Source: Azolla caroliniana
Lineage: Eukaryota > Plantae > Polypodiophyta
DNA: 64,000 nucleotides
Reading direction: 5' to 3'
Assembly (NCBI GenBank): GCA_043228905.1
Contig: JBHGNT010000003.1
Location: 7,440,001-7,504,000, forward strand
Each line of letters starts with the position of its first letter. Positions within the stretch are counted from its first letter, which is position 1. The notes below the pieces were generated by a model. It ran no database searches, was not told the DNA's origin, and saw only the letters and a program-made list of their open reading frames with translations. Shown one piece after another: positions 1 to 11,100 of the stretch. A program made the translations under genes and the position numbers.

Positions 1-374
1 GAAGTGCTGCAGGATCGAGGGCGGAACTCTCTCTCCTCCTCCGACCGTCATTCTCTATGGGAGCGGGGAGTTCGACGCCTCTGCTTCGTGGGTAGCCCAT
101 GCGCTGCCAGCAGAGGCTTTTCCTTCTACATTTCTCTAGGTCCAGTGTGTTCCATCTGTGTGCGTGAGTAGGGTCCCCGTGTTGGGCCCATCGTCGCCTT
201 GCCGATTGTAACCGTTGAAGTTTGTAATCTCTTGTTATTGTAATCAAGTGTTCCATTTATATCTCTCCTTCTCGCTTCTGCGTGTCTTTGAATCTCTCTC
301 TCTCTCTCTCGCTCCTCGGTCCAAGACCCCCGTGGTCCCGCCCCTTCTACGCGCACGCGCGTAACAACGCAACA
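1..374 (+). repeat. 3' part of a Ty3/gypsy LTR (same family as the LTRs at 6689-13003 and 35166-35948)
   Basis: Ends GGTCCAAGACCCCCGTGGTCCCGCCC...CGCAACA, a terminus shared with 12945-13003, 23860-23918 and (reverse) 35166-35220. It interrupts the minus-strand gag at 375. Confidence 0.7.
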
Positions 375-853
375 CCGTCATCGGTCTCCAGCAGGAGGCC
401 CACTTGCTCCCTGTCTCTCACGTCCACCAATTTAACAAATAAAAGGACACGACTTGTGTCCAGTATGGTCCGGTCCAACATCGAAAGACGCGCGAAGCGT
501 TCTTCAAACTCCCGGAGGAGCACCGACGCATTTCTCCCCTTTTCGGGGGTCTCCACCCATTCCATGAAGTTCCGCTTCAATAGCTGAAGCGCGTCATCAA
601 GCCCATATTTCTCAAGAAGCCGACCTTCAAACTCTTCCCAGGTCCGGATCTTAGCTCGTACCTCGAGCAACTCCGCATGGATGCCCGACATCGCCACCCG
701 AGGGAATCGGGCTAGTCACCTATCTTCCTGAATGTCCCTCATCACCAGTTCGGCTCGGTAGGCCTCCACGTAGCTTGTGGCGTCCTTTCTACTGAACCGG
801 CCTATCGTGCTGACGATTGCTTCAATAGCCCTGTCGAGGGCGCCTGTGCCTTC
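375..853 (-). pseudogene. Degenerate Ty3/gypsy gag fragment
   Basis: Translates to IVSTIGRFSRKDATSYVEAY...FEGRLLEKYGLDD...GLLLETDDG, homologous to the gag at 17591-18170. It has an internal stop and is cut by the LTR and the N-gap. Confidence 0.75.
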
Positions 854-953
854 NNNNNNNNNNNNNNNNNNNNNNNNNNNNNNNNNNNNNNNNNNNNNNN
901 NNNNNNNNNNNNNNNNNNNNNNNNNNNNNNNNNNNNNNNNNNNNNNNNNNNNN
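854..953. other. Assembly gap (100 N)
   Basis: Run of n characters; the sequences on either side are unrelated. Confidence 0.99.
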
Positions 954-1613
954 AAGGAAGAAATAGAACTACTTTTTGCGGAAATAGCGAAACTTAAGGT
1001 AGACAATGTGAATCTCCGAAAACAAGTTAAGGACCTCGAGATATCTAGGGAAGATGGTGAAATATCTTCCCTAGAGGATATTAAGGACGAGATAAAAAAG
1101 GTTAAAGAAGAGGTTAAAAGTGATATGGAATTAGCTAAAACTGGGTGGGTTGATGTAGTAAAACGCAATATTAAAAAAGAACTAAAGGATGAAAACATTG
1201 TAAACACTACCCTCGAGGAAGAAAAAATGCGTCAAGCTCGACGCCTAAATGTACGCGTTACTGGGCTCAAGGAAGGGGCATCTCCGGATGAAGATGCACA
1301 AACATTAGGGAAAATGTTAGGGTACGAAGCCCTACCAATCACTAAAACCTGGAGGGTAGGGCGTGACACAACTAGGAAAAGAGCTTTAGTCCTTCAGTTT
1401 AAGGACTCAGAATCTAGAATCGCCTTTTTTAAAAAAAGACCAATTCTTCGAGGCTTGGGCGGGGAGCCTATCTACCTCGATGAAGACTTGACCAAGATGC
1501 AAATTGAGCATCGTAAAACTTGTATGCCGCGAGTCATACAAGCTCGTAAAGAGGGGCATCGTGCTTTCTACCGGGACGGACGTGTCATAATAAATGATCG
1601 TGCCGCCAATTGA
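954..1613 (+). CDS. LINE ORF1 protein, C-terminal part (coiled coil plus RRM-like region)
   Basis: Open frame after the gap with a heptad-rich segment, then RRLNVRVTGLKE...IYLDEDLT, typical of LINE ORF1. Stop TGA at 1611-1613. Confidence 0.8.
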   Translation, partial: KEEIELLFAEIAKLKVDNVNLRKQVKDLEISREDGEISSLEDIKDEIKKVKEEVKSDMELAKTGWVDVVKRNIKKELKDENIVNTTLEEEKMRQARRLNVRVTGLKEGASPDEDAQTLGKMLGYEALPITKTWRVGRDTTRKRALVLQFKDSESRIAFFKKRPILRGLGGEPIYLDEDLTKMQIEHRKTCMPRVIQARKEGHRAFYRDGRVIINDRAAN

Positions 1614-1619
1614 CGGCGT

Positions 1620-4600
1620 GTGGCCCATGTGACAGATAATAAACTTAGGATCACTTTATGGAACTGTAACGGCGCACTTTGGACACATCCTGGCCGTCTA
1701 GAGGAGATTTTGAAAGTATCTGATATACTTTTTGTAGTAGAAACACATCAAAGCCCAAATCGAGGACTGCCACGAGTTGACGGTTTTCGTTGGGAATCTG
1801 TCTTTAGACAAACCTCACGTCGACACACTACTAGAGGGTCTGGGGGGGTTGCGATATTATTTCGGAAAGAGATAAATAATAGGATAGAAATACTAAAGTC
1901 AGACCCAGAAGCCCGTTTTATGTGGGTGAAAGTCCTCACTAGTAAGGATCAGGTGATATTTATCGCAGTTTGTTACTTCCCCCCGAAAGGGTCCCGCTAC
2001 AATATGGCTGGAGAGGCGAGTATAGTTGATGAAGGAACGCCACATGGGCCTTCTCCATACGAACCTTTGTCGGATGACATAATCCGATATTCTTCTCAAG
2101 GGGAAGTCTTCCTGGTAGGAGATTTCAATGCGAGAACCCAGTCCCGACAATGCACAATATTTCAGATGGATAGAAACCTAGAAATGGTGAATGTCGACCC
2201 TTTAGCCTTAGGCATAACACGTACATCGAAGGATCAAGGTGCGGATGCCACAAGCTTTGGCCATCATCTGCTTGAACTTGGAAGCCGACACCAGATGATC
2301 ATATATAATGGCTTAGCCAAGTGGCCGGGCTCGGAAGAGCTCACATGTTTCCCACATGGAGGAGGGGAAAGCACCGTTGATTATCTAATAGGACGCCCTG
2401 AAGCTACCCACATGGTTAGCTCCTTCCGGGTGGCCCCATGCCCCATTGGGGCAGACCATACCTTCCTATACTTTGAGCTAAAATATGACACCTCCCACAC
2501 CACCAACTCTAGTAAACCAACCCATCACACTATAATACATTTCACGCATGAGCTCGCGGACATCTACTCTCGACATGTTCAAGCCCATCTTTCCTCGTTT
2601 GATTCTTCCTTGCCTTTAGAGAACCTCACTACAGAACTCACACACATCCTTCACTCAGCCGCCACTAGTAGCTTCCCATACACGAAAGACTCCAATCATA
2701 GTAGAATAGGGTCTATGCCACAAAACAAGTGGTATGACGAGGATTGTAGAGAGTTGTATAGACAACTTAAAGTATCGCGACTCAGTGGTACTATCTCCTT
2801 AGTACAGGCTCGCAAAGAGATGCGCAAGATGACACGTCGTAAAAGACGAGCTTGGGAAGCATCCCAATATTGGGAACTCTACCATATGCTCATGAGTAGG
2901 GATTGTGCCCTTGCATGGAAGAGACTACGGGAACCGAGACCACAAACACCCATCGAGGATCCCAATATTTGGCACACATATACCGAGAGACTCTACCATG
3001 TCCCGAACCAACCACCCATTCCAATGCCCTCCACACCTCGACCTACCATGGGGACACTTTTCACGACCTCTAGGGTCACGAAGGTCATAAAAAAATTACA
3101 ACATAGGAAATCCATGGACCACACAGGATTGCGAGCCGAGCACATCATATATGCTCGAGAGTGCCTAGCTCCCCTTCTCACTCTAATCTTCAACCGCGCC
3201 CTCGCCGAGGGTTTTCCACCACAATGGGCCATGAACACTGTGGCCCCTATACATAAAGGAGGGGACCCAATGGACCCAAATACATATAGGACCATTATGA
3301 TAGGTCATACGCTTGCTAAACTATATGGTGCAGTAATGGAAGCGGAGCTCAGTGATTATATGGAAACATTAAGTCTTCGAGCACCTGAGCAGGCTGGCTT
3401 TAGACGAGCCTTCTCCACTATTGACCACATCTTTACACTTAGGTGCTTAATTGACCAAACAAAGGCTCGTAAGAAGAAACTATATTGTTGCTTTGTGGAC
3501 TTTCGCAAAGCCTTTGATACAGTTCCTAGGGAGAGGTTGTTTGATAGACTTAAGAGCTTGGAGATACCAAATGACATGATTTGGGCCATTTATGCCCTAT
3601 ATGAGCAAGTCTATGGGCGCGTAAGATGCCCAGGTGGCCTATCCGATTGTTTCACTAGCACCATTGGTGTAAAACAGGGTTGCCCCCTATCACCGACTCT
3701 TTTTGGGATCTACATTGATGAGATCACTGATTTTATTGCTCGTAAGGGAGGCAAAGGAGTGGCTATTGGGGATACGCAAGTTAGTCTCTTACTCTACGCA
3801 GACGACATTGTCTTGCTCTCGGAGTCGGAACACGACCTACAAAAGCATCTTAATGCCCTAGATGACTTTTGTACACAACGAGGACTGGTAGTGAATCTAG
3901 CGAAAACTAAAGTCCTTATCTTTCATACATCGTCCAGAGTTAGGAGTAAATGTCACCTCATCCTCTCTCATAAACTAGTTGAGGTGGTGGGATCTTATGT
4001 ATACTTGGGAGTCACTTTTAGTGCTCGCTCAGGTAAATTCTCGATGACCCAGGCAGCCAAAGATAGGCTAACGAGAGGATATGCATCCCTCTCACTCTTA
4101 GAGAGACAATGCCACCAAGCATACTTTCAAGAGCCACGGACTAAGGGATGGCTTTTCGACTCATTAGTGACCCCGTCCCTCATGTATGCATCAGTAGTAT
4201 GGGCTCCAGGTCTACCATATTTCATGTGGACGCAATTGGAGAGACCTTTAGTGGTGATGTTATCACGTCAACTCCGAAGCAAATCGACAGTACCACATGA
4301 CATTATTAGAGCGGAGTTTAGCCTACCCCCGATGTTAGTAGAAGCACTCTTTCAAGTGGTAGCTTTTATTCATCGGATACATAGTCAACCACAAGATAGG
4401 ATATCCCGTCGAGCCTTTGAGGCATCCCGATCCTTACATGTGTCTGGAGACACCAACTCTTGGTATAGCATTGTGGTGAGTTGGTTATTTGCAAATGGCA
4501 TAGACATTAATAACCTACCTCCCCTTAAGTACAACCATGGGACTGATCAAACTTTAATCTCTCGTGAAGATCGTAATAAAGTGATACGCCAAGACATATG

Positions 4601-5366
4601 GCAAATCTACACTCGATACAAATGGATCACCCCACGAGAGCCACTCCCATCTAAAATGGTGTACTATAAGGAACACTTCTTGCACTTCTCTAAGTTAGGG
4701 TTTATTACACGACCAAGATACCTAGATACTTTCTTATCAAATGCACTAAGGGTGGCCATTGGACAACTTAGGATATCATCTCACCAACTTGAGATTGAGA
4801 ATGGTCGAGCTAATAGAGTCCCTAGAGAGGAAAGGCTATGTAGGTTATGCCACATAGAGATAGAGGATGAGTATCACTTCACATGCAAGTGCCCAACTTA
4901 TGCCGAGATACGGGCGGAATACCAAGACATACTAGGACCCTCTCCCACCCTCTCCAAACTATTAGATACCCCGAGTGTAAAGAGACTAGGTAGGTATATC
5001 TTAGAGCTAAAACAACATAGGGAGGATAAATTACAAAGTGTTAATCATAACCCTTTTACTACTCATCAACATGTACCTAGTGTAATTTTTCAGGAACATG
5101 GGGAGACGATGAATGTGGATACACTTATGCCGCTCGGCCTCTCCCTTGAGGAAGCAGAAATACAAAGAGCAACCAAACGTCCTCGGATGTTGGGCTTCAA
5201 CACAAGTCAACGTGGAGTAGAAAAGATTAAGAAGATAAGGGAACGTGAGCTACGCCGACTCGAAGCTATGGTTGGGGTACCTCTTACATGGGGACCACGG
5301 GCCACATCCACATCATGGCAACCCTTTGACCCCCCGCTTCTCTTCGAGAGACTTGGATGGAAATGA
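1620..5366 (+). CDS. LINE ORF2: AP-like endonuclease, reverse transcriptase and CCHC zinc knuckle; uninterrupted 1248 codons
   Basis: EN motifs WNCNG, VETH, GDFNART, VDY, DH. RT motifs QAGFR, FVDFRKAFDTV, GVKQGCPLSPTLF, LLYADD, YLGV. C-terminal CRLC-x7-H-x4-C. Starts at GTG; no ATG until about codon 101. Confidence 0.95.
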   Translation: MAHVTDNKLRITLWNCNGALWTHPGRLEEILKVSDILFVVETHQSPNRGLPRVDGFRWESVFRQTSRRHTTRGSGGVAILFRKEINNRIEILKSDPEARFMWVKVLTSKDQVIFIAVCYFPPKGSRYNMAGEASIVDEGTPHGPSPYEPLSDDIIRYSSQGEVFLVGDFNARTQSRQCTIFQMDRNLEMVNVDPLALGITRTSKDQGADATSFGHHLLELGSRHQMIIYNGLAKWPGSEELTCFPHGGGESTVDYLIGRPEATHMVSSFRVAPCPIGADHTFLYFELKYDTSHTTNSSKPTHHTIIHFTHELADIYSRHVQAHLSSFDSSLPLENLTTELTHILHSAATSSFPYTKDSNHSRIGSMPQNKWYDEDCRELYRQLKVSRLSGTISLVQARKEMRKMTRRKRRAWEASQYWELYHMLMSRDCALAWKRLREPRPQTPIEDPNIWHTYTERLYHVPNQPPIPMPSTPRPTMGTLFTTSRVTKVIKKLQHRKSMDHTGLRAEHIIYARECLAPLLTLIFNRALAEGFPPQWAMNTVAPIHKGGDPMDPNTYRTIMIGHTLAKLYGAVMEAELSDYMETLSLRAPEQAGFRRAFSTIDHIFTLRCLIDQTKARKKKLYCCFVDFRKAFDTVPRERLFDRLKSLEIPNDMIWAIYALYEQVYGRVRCPGGLSDCFTSTIGVKQGCPLSPTLFGIYIDEITDFIARKGGKGVAIGDTQVSLLLYADDIVLLSESEHDLQKHLNALDDFCTQRGLVVNLAKTKVLIFHTSSRVRSKCHLILSHKLVEVVGSYVYLGVTFSARSGKFSMTQAAKDRLTRGYASLSLLERQCHQAYFQEPRTKGWLFDSLVTPSLMYASVVWAPGLPYFMWTQLERPLVVMLSRQLRSKSTVPHDIIRAEFSLPPMLVEALFQVVAFIHRIHSQPQDRISRRAFEASRSLHVSGDTNSWYSIVVSWLFANGIDINNLPPLKYNHGTDQTLISREDRNKVIRQDIWQIYTRYKWITPREPLPSKMVYYKEHFLHFSKLGFITRPRYLDTFLSNALRVAIGQLRISSHQLEIENGRANRVPREERLCRLCHIEIEDEYHFTCKCPTYAEIRAEYQDILGPSPTLSKLLDTPSVKRLGRYILELKQHREDKLQSVNHNPFTTHQHVPSVIFQEHGETMNVDTLMPLGLSLEEAEIQRATKRPRMLGFNTSQRGVEKIKKIRERELRRLEAMVGVPLTWGPRATSTSWQPFDPPLLFERLGWK

Positions 5367-5666
5367 AATTAGGCCTAGTATAGAATCATTCTCATTGTAG
5401 AACATGTTTTTTATATAGAACATGTTTGTTGTTTTCTTAGAACTATTTAGCTTAAACTCTATTTTATCTTATTTTTATTTTTACTTTCGATGAATGGGTA
5501 AATATCCCATTTTTGTTGTACACCATTTGTCTCATGGGCCAATTTTGGCCTTAGAAGACGTTAATATATCTTTCTTCTTCTTTCTTCTTTCTTTCTCTCT
5601 CTCTCTATTTCTCTGTGCTACTAGACAACAACTACCCGTACATACCTAATCTAGATCAACCTCTGA

Positions 5667-6279
5667 GCTTTGATACCATGTTAGAAACATTGAGAATCGA
5701 TTAGATAGGTATATAGAGTTACAACCACAGGGATGGATATATTAAAACAAAACTTCTATTACATATGAGAGTAGCTCACAATGGTAGTTCACCCATGCGC
5801 TCACACCTTAAAACTTAGATGGGATCTGGACCAACCATTGTGTAAGAAAGTGGATTATAGTCTATGTTTGGTCTGAGTATAACATTAAATGTGCAAGTCA
5901 GTTGATAGTAATGGAGATATTCCTTTTTTTGTCAACTGATTTGTCATTTAATATGACCCAACTCCCTAGATACAAGCTAATGCTAGATAGCACTTATCGT
6001 GAAGTCAATGACACATACTTCAAGACTAAGTACATCGTAACTTGCCCACAATATATTCTAGTTGACTTGATTAGCCAATCCTATTACCTATTTCGCTCAT
6101 TCCTAAATCCATTGTGTCCTACGCATCTACGGTTTCCTATATTAACACCTTATAGACCCATATGGTCGAGTTGCACACTAGCCGCTCCTCATTTGGGGCG
6201 CTATCACAAAATGTGCATTGTAAGAGCACATATGGGGATAGATTTATAACTTGGGGCTGATCATTGATTATATTTAACA
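5667..6279 (-). repeat. LTR (5679-6279) plus tRNA-Met PBS of a minus-strand, probably copia-type element; the LINE abuts its internal region
   Basis: TGTTA...TAACA termini; GCTTTGATACCA at 5667-5678 is the reverse complement of TGGTATCAAAGC. Confidence 0.65.
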
Positions 6280-6688
6280 ACATGCACCATACAAGTCTTC
6301 AATAGCTTTCGTTGCTGCACGGATCTTCCACCCATGATTTGTATTTATGGGCAAACTTCCCCTTTTGTAAACCTCAATCGACATAAGATTAATCTCGGAC
6401 CCGTGTTCTATTAAAGCTATGACTATTTCTTTTCTCTCTTCCAACTTCACTGGTGTCTCCATTGTCACTCGTGACCAATGAGGCTGAGTATAGTGGTTGT
6501 CCACCATATCTTCATTGACTTCGTTCCGTGCCATAGTTATCGCTTTTGCTTTTGCTTTTTGTGGCTTTTTGTCCTCGTCTGACTGTTGCCTTTTTCTCTT
6601 TACGAGGTCCACGATCGTATCATGAAACTCCTTTATAATGCCGAGCAATTCCCTCAAGGACAAGGTCACGTGGCTATCAAGCATACGT
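6280..6688 (-). pseudogene. Ty3/gypsy gag-protease fragment of the host element, continuing from 23919
   Basis: Contains the protease-like ALIEHGSEINL. Joining 23919 to 6688 restores ...DLKKILEER|MLDSHVTLSLRELLGI, collinear with the ORF at 18894-19295. Confidence 0.8.
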
Positions 6689-7443
6689 TGTCGTGGAGGA
6701 TTCCGGCCATAGAGAGAGACGGAGCCGGATGCGCATGAATGTGTGTGTGCATGGATGCATACAAATTAAGTAATATGTACAAACATATGTGAATAGAATA
6801 ATGTTAGTTGAGTGTTGGTGATTACTAGGTAGGAGTGAATAATAGGTACTTTATGGTCACACAATAAAGGGAATAACAATGATTGAGGGGAGGAGATCGA
6901 GGAGAGAATCGGGAAGGACAGAAAGCATTTGCCTTTATTGATGATGTAACGGCTTCCCCTTTGCTCTATAAAAGTGGAGGTTTGAGATTATTTGAGGATC
7001 CACGATTTGGAGGAAGTGTTGTCGGTTTGAGTGCCGAACTCTCTCTTTCTCTTCTTCTATCTCTCTCTCACTCACTTTCTGTCTCGTGCCCTGCACTGAT
7101 TCAGGGAAGAAGGTGAAGCCTCCGCTCACGTAGGAATCCCATGAGTTCCCGACCAGAGGTTCATAATTCTGTGTTTCTGTGTTTTTGTGTGCGTGCGTGT
7201 CTTGAGGGCACAAGGCTCTGACACCGGTTGAGTCCAGTTGTATTCTTCTCTTGTTTAATCTATTTCATCTTCATTTTGTCCGATTTCTATCTTTGTGTTG
7301 AGTACACATCTCCATCCTATGTTTGTTTGTTGGTCGTGTTTGCCGAATCCGGAGTCGTGTGCTCGTTGGTTGTTATCCAACAACCCACACATCCCTGAAC
7401 CAGTGCGCTCCCTGTCCCACTTCCGGAAACCGATCCAGACTGG

Positions 7444-8099
7444 TGTTGGGATTTCGGTCCCTCCGGATGGGATGTCCCCGGAGATAAATGACGGCAAGCC
7501 CGGTTGCGGTTACGGAACCGGATGATGAAGAGTACCCGGCATGAAGCCGGATGAAGAGTACCCGGATACGGATCCGGATGATGAAGACCCCGGCTACGGA
7601 GCTGGATGCTGAAGACCCCGGCTACGGAGCCGGATGACGAATGTACCCGGAGAGAGATCCGGATGCAGGGACATATTTGTGAATATGTTTGCTAAGAGCC
7701 ATTGAGGCTATATTTGTAAATAGCCCGAAAGTTATATGTGTATAAATATGACTTAGGGCAAACAGTTTATGTTGTTGCTCATTTTTCATGCGAAGTGAGA
7801 GCAGCCGAGAGAGAAAGAGAGAGAGAGACGAAGAGGTCGTTGCCTCTGTGTATTACCGCCGCCTGTGGCGAAGACAGTGAACTCAAGGTTGTTGCCTTGT
7901 AGCTTCACCATTGTACATCTCTGTTCATAGTGATAGTTGGAGTTTGCGGACTCCCGTGGTTTTTCCCATTTAGGGTTTTCCACGTTAATTCCTGTGTAAT
8001 CGTGTCTTTCTCTGTGTTTCCTATTTTCTGCTCTTTTGATTCGCAATTACTCGGTTGTGGCCGGAAGAAGAAGGTGAATAGAAGCGTCTATTCGCAACA
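7444..8099 (+). repeat. 5' LTR of the intact copia, with CCGG-rich ~20-30-bp internal tandem units at about 7515-7670
   Basis: Direct repeat of 12214-12869; TATAAATA at about 7741. Confidence 0.95.
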
Positions 8100-8102
8100 A
8101 AC

Positions 8103-8114
8103 TGGTATCAGAGC
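8103..8114 (+). promoter_or_regulatory. Primer-binding site, initiator tRNA-Met
   Basis: TGGTATCAGAGC, 3 nt after the 5' LTR. Confidence 0.95.
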
Positions 8115-8129
8115 GAACTGCTGCAGAAA

Positions 8130-11100
8130 ATGGAAGGCGGCGGCAGCGGGCAGCCGGGGATGATGGTGCTGAATGCGCAGAATTACGCCGACTGGAAGAT
8201 CAAGATGGAGGATCTTCTGATTGTTCGGGATCTGTACGAACCGATTGACAGGTCGGAAATACCGAAAGGGGTACTTGAGTCGGAGTGGAAGCTCCTGAAC
8301 CGGAAAGCCGTAGCGACGATCCGACAATATGTCGATGTAAGCGTCCTACAACATGTGGCGAACGACACCAACGCATATGAGATGTGGAAGAAGCTGTCGG
8401 GCCTCTACGAGAGGAAGAATGCGTTGAACCGGACCTCCCTGATGAGGAAGATAGTGAATCTCAAGTACCGGGACGGCGAGAGTATGGTGGAACACGTAAG
8501 CACGTTCATGGGATTCGTGAATCAGCTTGCGGCGATCAAGTTCCCGTTGGAGGATGCAATGCAAGCCATCATCCTGATGTGTACATTGCCGGATAGCTGG
8601 GAGAACTTGGTGGTGACTCTCAGCACCTCCTGCACCGAAGATAACTTGTCCTTACAAACGGTAAAGACAAGTATTTTGATCGAAGAAGCGCGTCGGAGAG
8701 ATAAAGAACCGGTCTCCGACTCGAAGGCGCTGCTTACCGAATCGGATCGGGGAAGACAGTGGAACCGGAGTCCGCAAAGACGGGAGAAGTCGGGGACCCG
8801 GTCGCAGTCAAGAGGAAGACCCACATGCTTCCACTGTGGGAAGCCGGGGCACTTCCGAAAGAATTGTCGGCATTACCGAAAAGACAACGGAGCCGACGAC
8901 ACCGATTCGAAGAAGTCACCGGAGAGAAACGGTGCATACCGGGGAGCCACGGACCGGAGAGGTTCGGATCGGCGAGGGCAGGACCGGAAAGGAACAACGG
9001 CACTCGCGGCAAGTGAGGAAGAAATCATGCTCATCACCGAAGAAGGTGAGCTAAACATTGCCGGTGATGAGACGACCTGGGTGGTCGATTCCGGAGCATC
9101 GTTCCACCTGACCCCGGAGAGAAGATACTTCTCATCCTACACAGCCGGTGAGCATGGCTGTGTTCGGATGGGAAATGAAGGTACGTGCCGGATTGCCGGC
9201 ATCGGAGACGTGTGGTTGACAACCCCGACCGGATGCAAAATGCTGCTGAAGGATGTTCGACATGTTCCGGAGGTTCGATTGAACCTGATTTCGGCCGGGA
9301 GGCTAGACGATGAAGGCTACACAGGTAGCATCCGGAACGGCGTAATGAAGTTCAGCAAGGGGAGCCTGATAGTGGCTCGGGCCCGGAAAGACAACACACT
9401 GTACCTGATGAATGCCCGGTTATGTCCGGAAGAGCTGAATGTGGCAGCCGACACTGCCGGTGAGCTGTGGCACAAAAGACTGTGCCACATGAGTGAGAAG
9501 GGGATGAAGAGGCTTGCAGAAGACAACCTTATCCCAGTGAAGCATGTGCACCTGGAGAAGTGCACCGATTGCCTGGCCGGTAAACAGAACCGAACCTCCT
9601 TCCACTCAAGGCCACCGACGAGACGTAGCGCACCATTGGAGCTGGTGCACACTGATGTGTGTCAGGTAGAAACGAAGTCACATGGCGGAGCCCAGTACTT
9701 CGTGACATTCGTTGATGATCACAGCCGGAAGCTGTGGACGGCACCGTTGAAGACAAAGGACCAAGTGTTGTCCGTCTTCAAAGAACTCCACGCGAGAGTG
9801 GAAAGAGAATCCGGCAAGAAGCTGAAAGCGATACGAGCGGATAACGGAGGGGAATACCGGGGGCAGTTCCAGGAGTACTGTCGCTCGAAGGGAATCCGGC
9901 TCGAGTTTACTGTGCCGAAGACGCCGGAACTGAACGGGCTGGCCGAGAGGATGAACCGGACCATAATGGAGAGGGTCCGGAGTATGCTGACGCATGCGAA
10001 ATTACCCAAGGGATTTTGGGCTGAGGCAATGTCGACGGCGACGTATGTGATAAATAGATCACCCTCAGTACCTTTGGACGGAGACACGCCGCAGAAAGTG
10101 TGGACCGGTAAGGAAGTGTCCTACCGGCATCTGAAGGTGTTCGGGTGTCTCGCATACGTGCATGTGGCAAAGGACCGGAGAGGAAAGTTGGATCCAAAGA
10201 CCCGGCCATGCATATTCCTCGGTTACGGCGACGATGAGTTCGGCTACCCAGTATGGGACCCGGTCGACAAGAAGATATTCAGGAGTCGAGACATCATCTT
10301 CATGGAGGACAAGACACTCGCCGACTGGGAGTCGGAGAAGAAGATGAAGAGCTTCAAGTCGACCGGTGAGGATCAACTCTACGAGGAGCAGTCCCGACCG
10401 GCAAGGGACCGGTTAGCACTCGAGGATCCGGCCGAAGACGGTGAAGAAACAGAACCGGCCGAAGAAGATGAAAATGATACCGGAACCGGCCCCGATCCCG
10501 AAATGGATTCGGATGAAGAAGAATCGGAAGAACCGGTTACCGAAGCCCCGGAACGGAGATATCCTCTGAGAGAGAGAAGGGCCCCCCGGAGATTTCCGGA
10601 ACCAGAGCACGTGCTGCTAACCGACGAGGGGGAGCCGGAGAGCTTTGAAGAAGCAAAGCACGACACCCAGAGCCGCAGGTGGTTGAGTGCCATGCAGGAC
10701 GAGATGGATTCCCTGCATGAGAACCACACATATGAACTTGTGGAGTTGCCGAAAGGAAAGCGGGCACTTCGAAACAAGTGGGTGTTCAAGCTGAAACCGG
10801 GAGATGCCGGAAACCCCCCGAGATACAAAGCCAGGATCGTGGTGAAGGGGTTTCAGCAGAAGAAGGGCGTCGACTTTGACGAGATATTCGCCCCGGTAGT
10901 GAAGATGACCTCCATCCGGACGGTGCTGAGCATAGCGGCAAGCATGGACCTCGAGGTAGAACAGATGGACGTGAAGACGGCATTCCTTCACGGTGACCTC
11001 GAAGAAGAGATCTACATGCAGCAACCGGAAGGATTCGAGATGAAAGGGAAGGAGCACTTGGTATGCCGGTTGAAGAAGAGCCTTTACGGACTGAAGCAGG

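Larger units (their letters stand above)
954..5570 (+). mobile_element. Non-LTR retrotransposon (LINE), RTEX-like; 5' end lost in the gap
   Basis: ORF1, then ORF2 (endonuclease, RT, CCHC), then an AT-rich 3' UTR ending in a TTC/CT-rich tract. Clade call is from the C-terminal LRISSHQLEIENGR...CRLC..EDEYHF..CP.Y pattern. Confidence 0.85.

Noticed and set aside
716-1613. ORFs 777-1613 (+) and 716-1207 (-) as single proteins
   Set aside because: They read through the 100-N gap and join unrelated gypsy gag and LINE ORF1 sequence.
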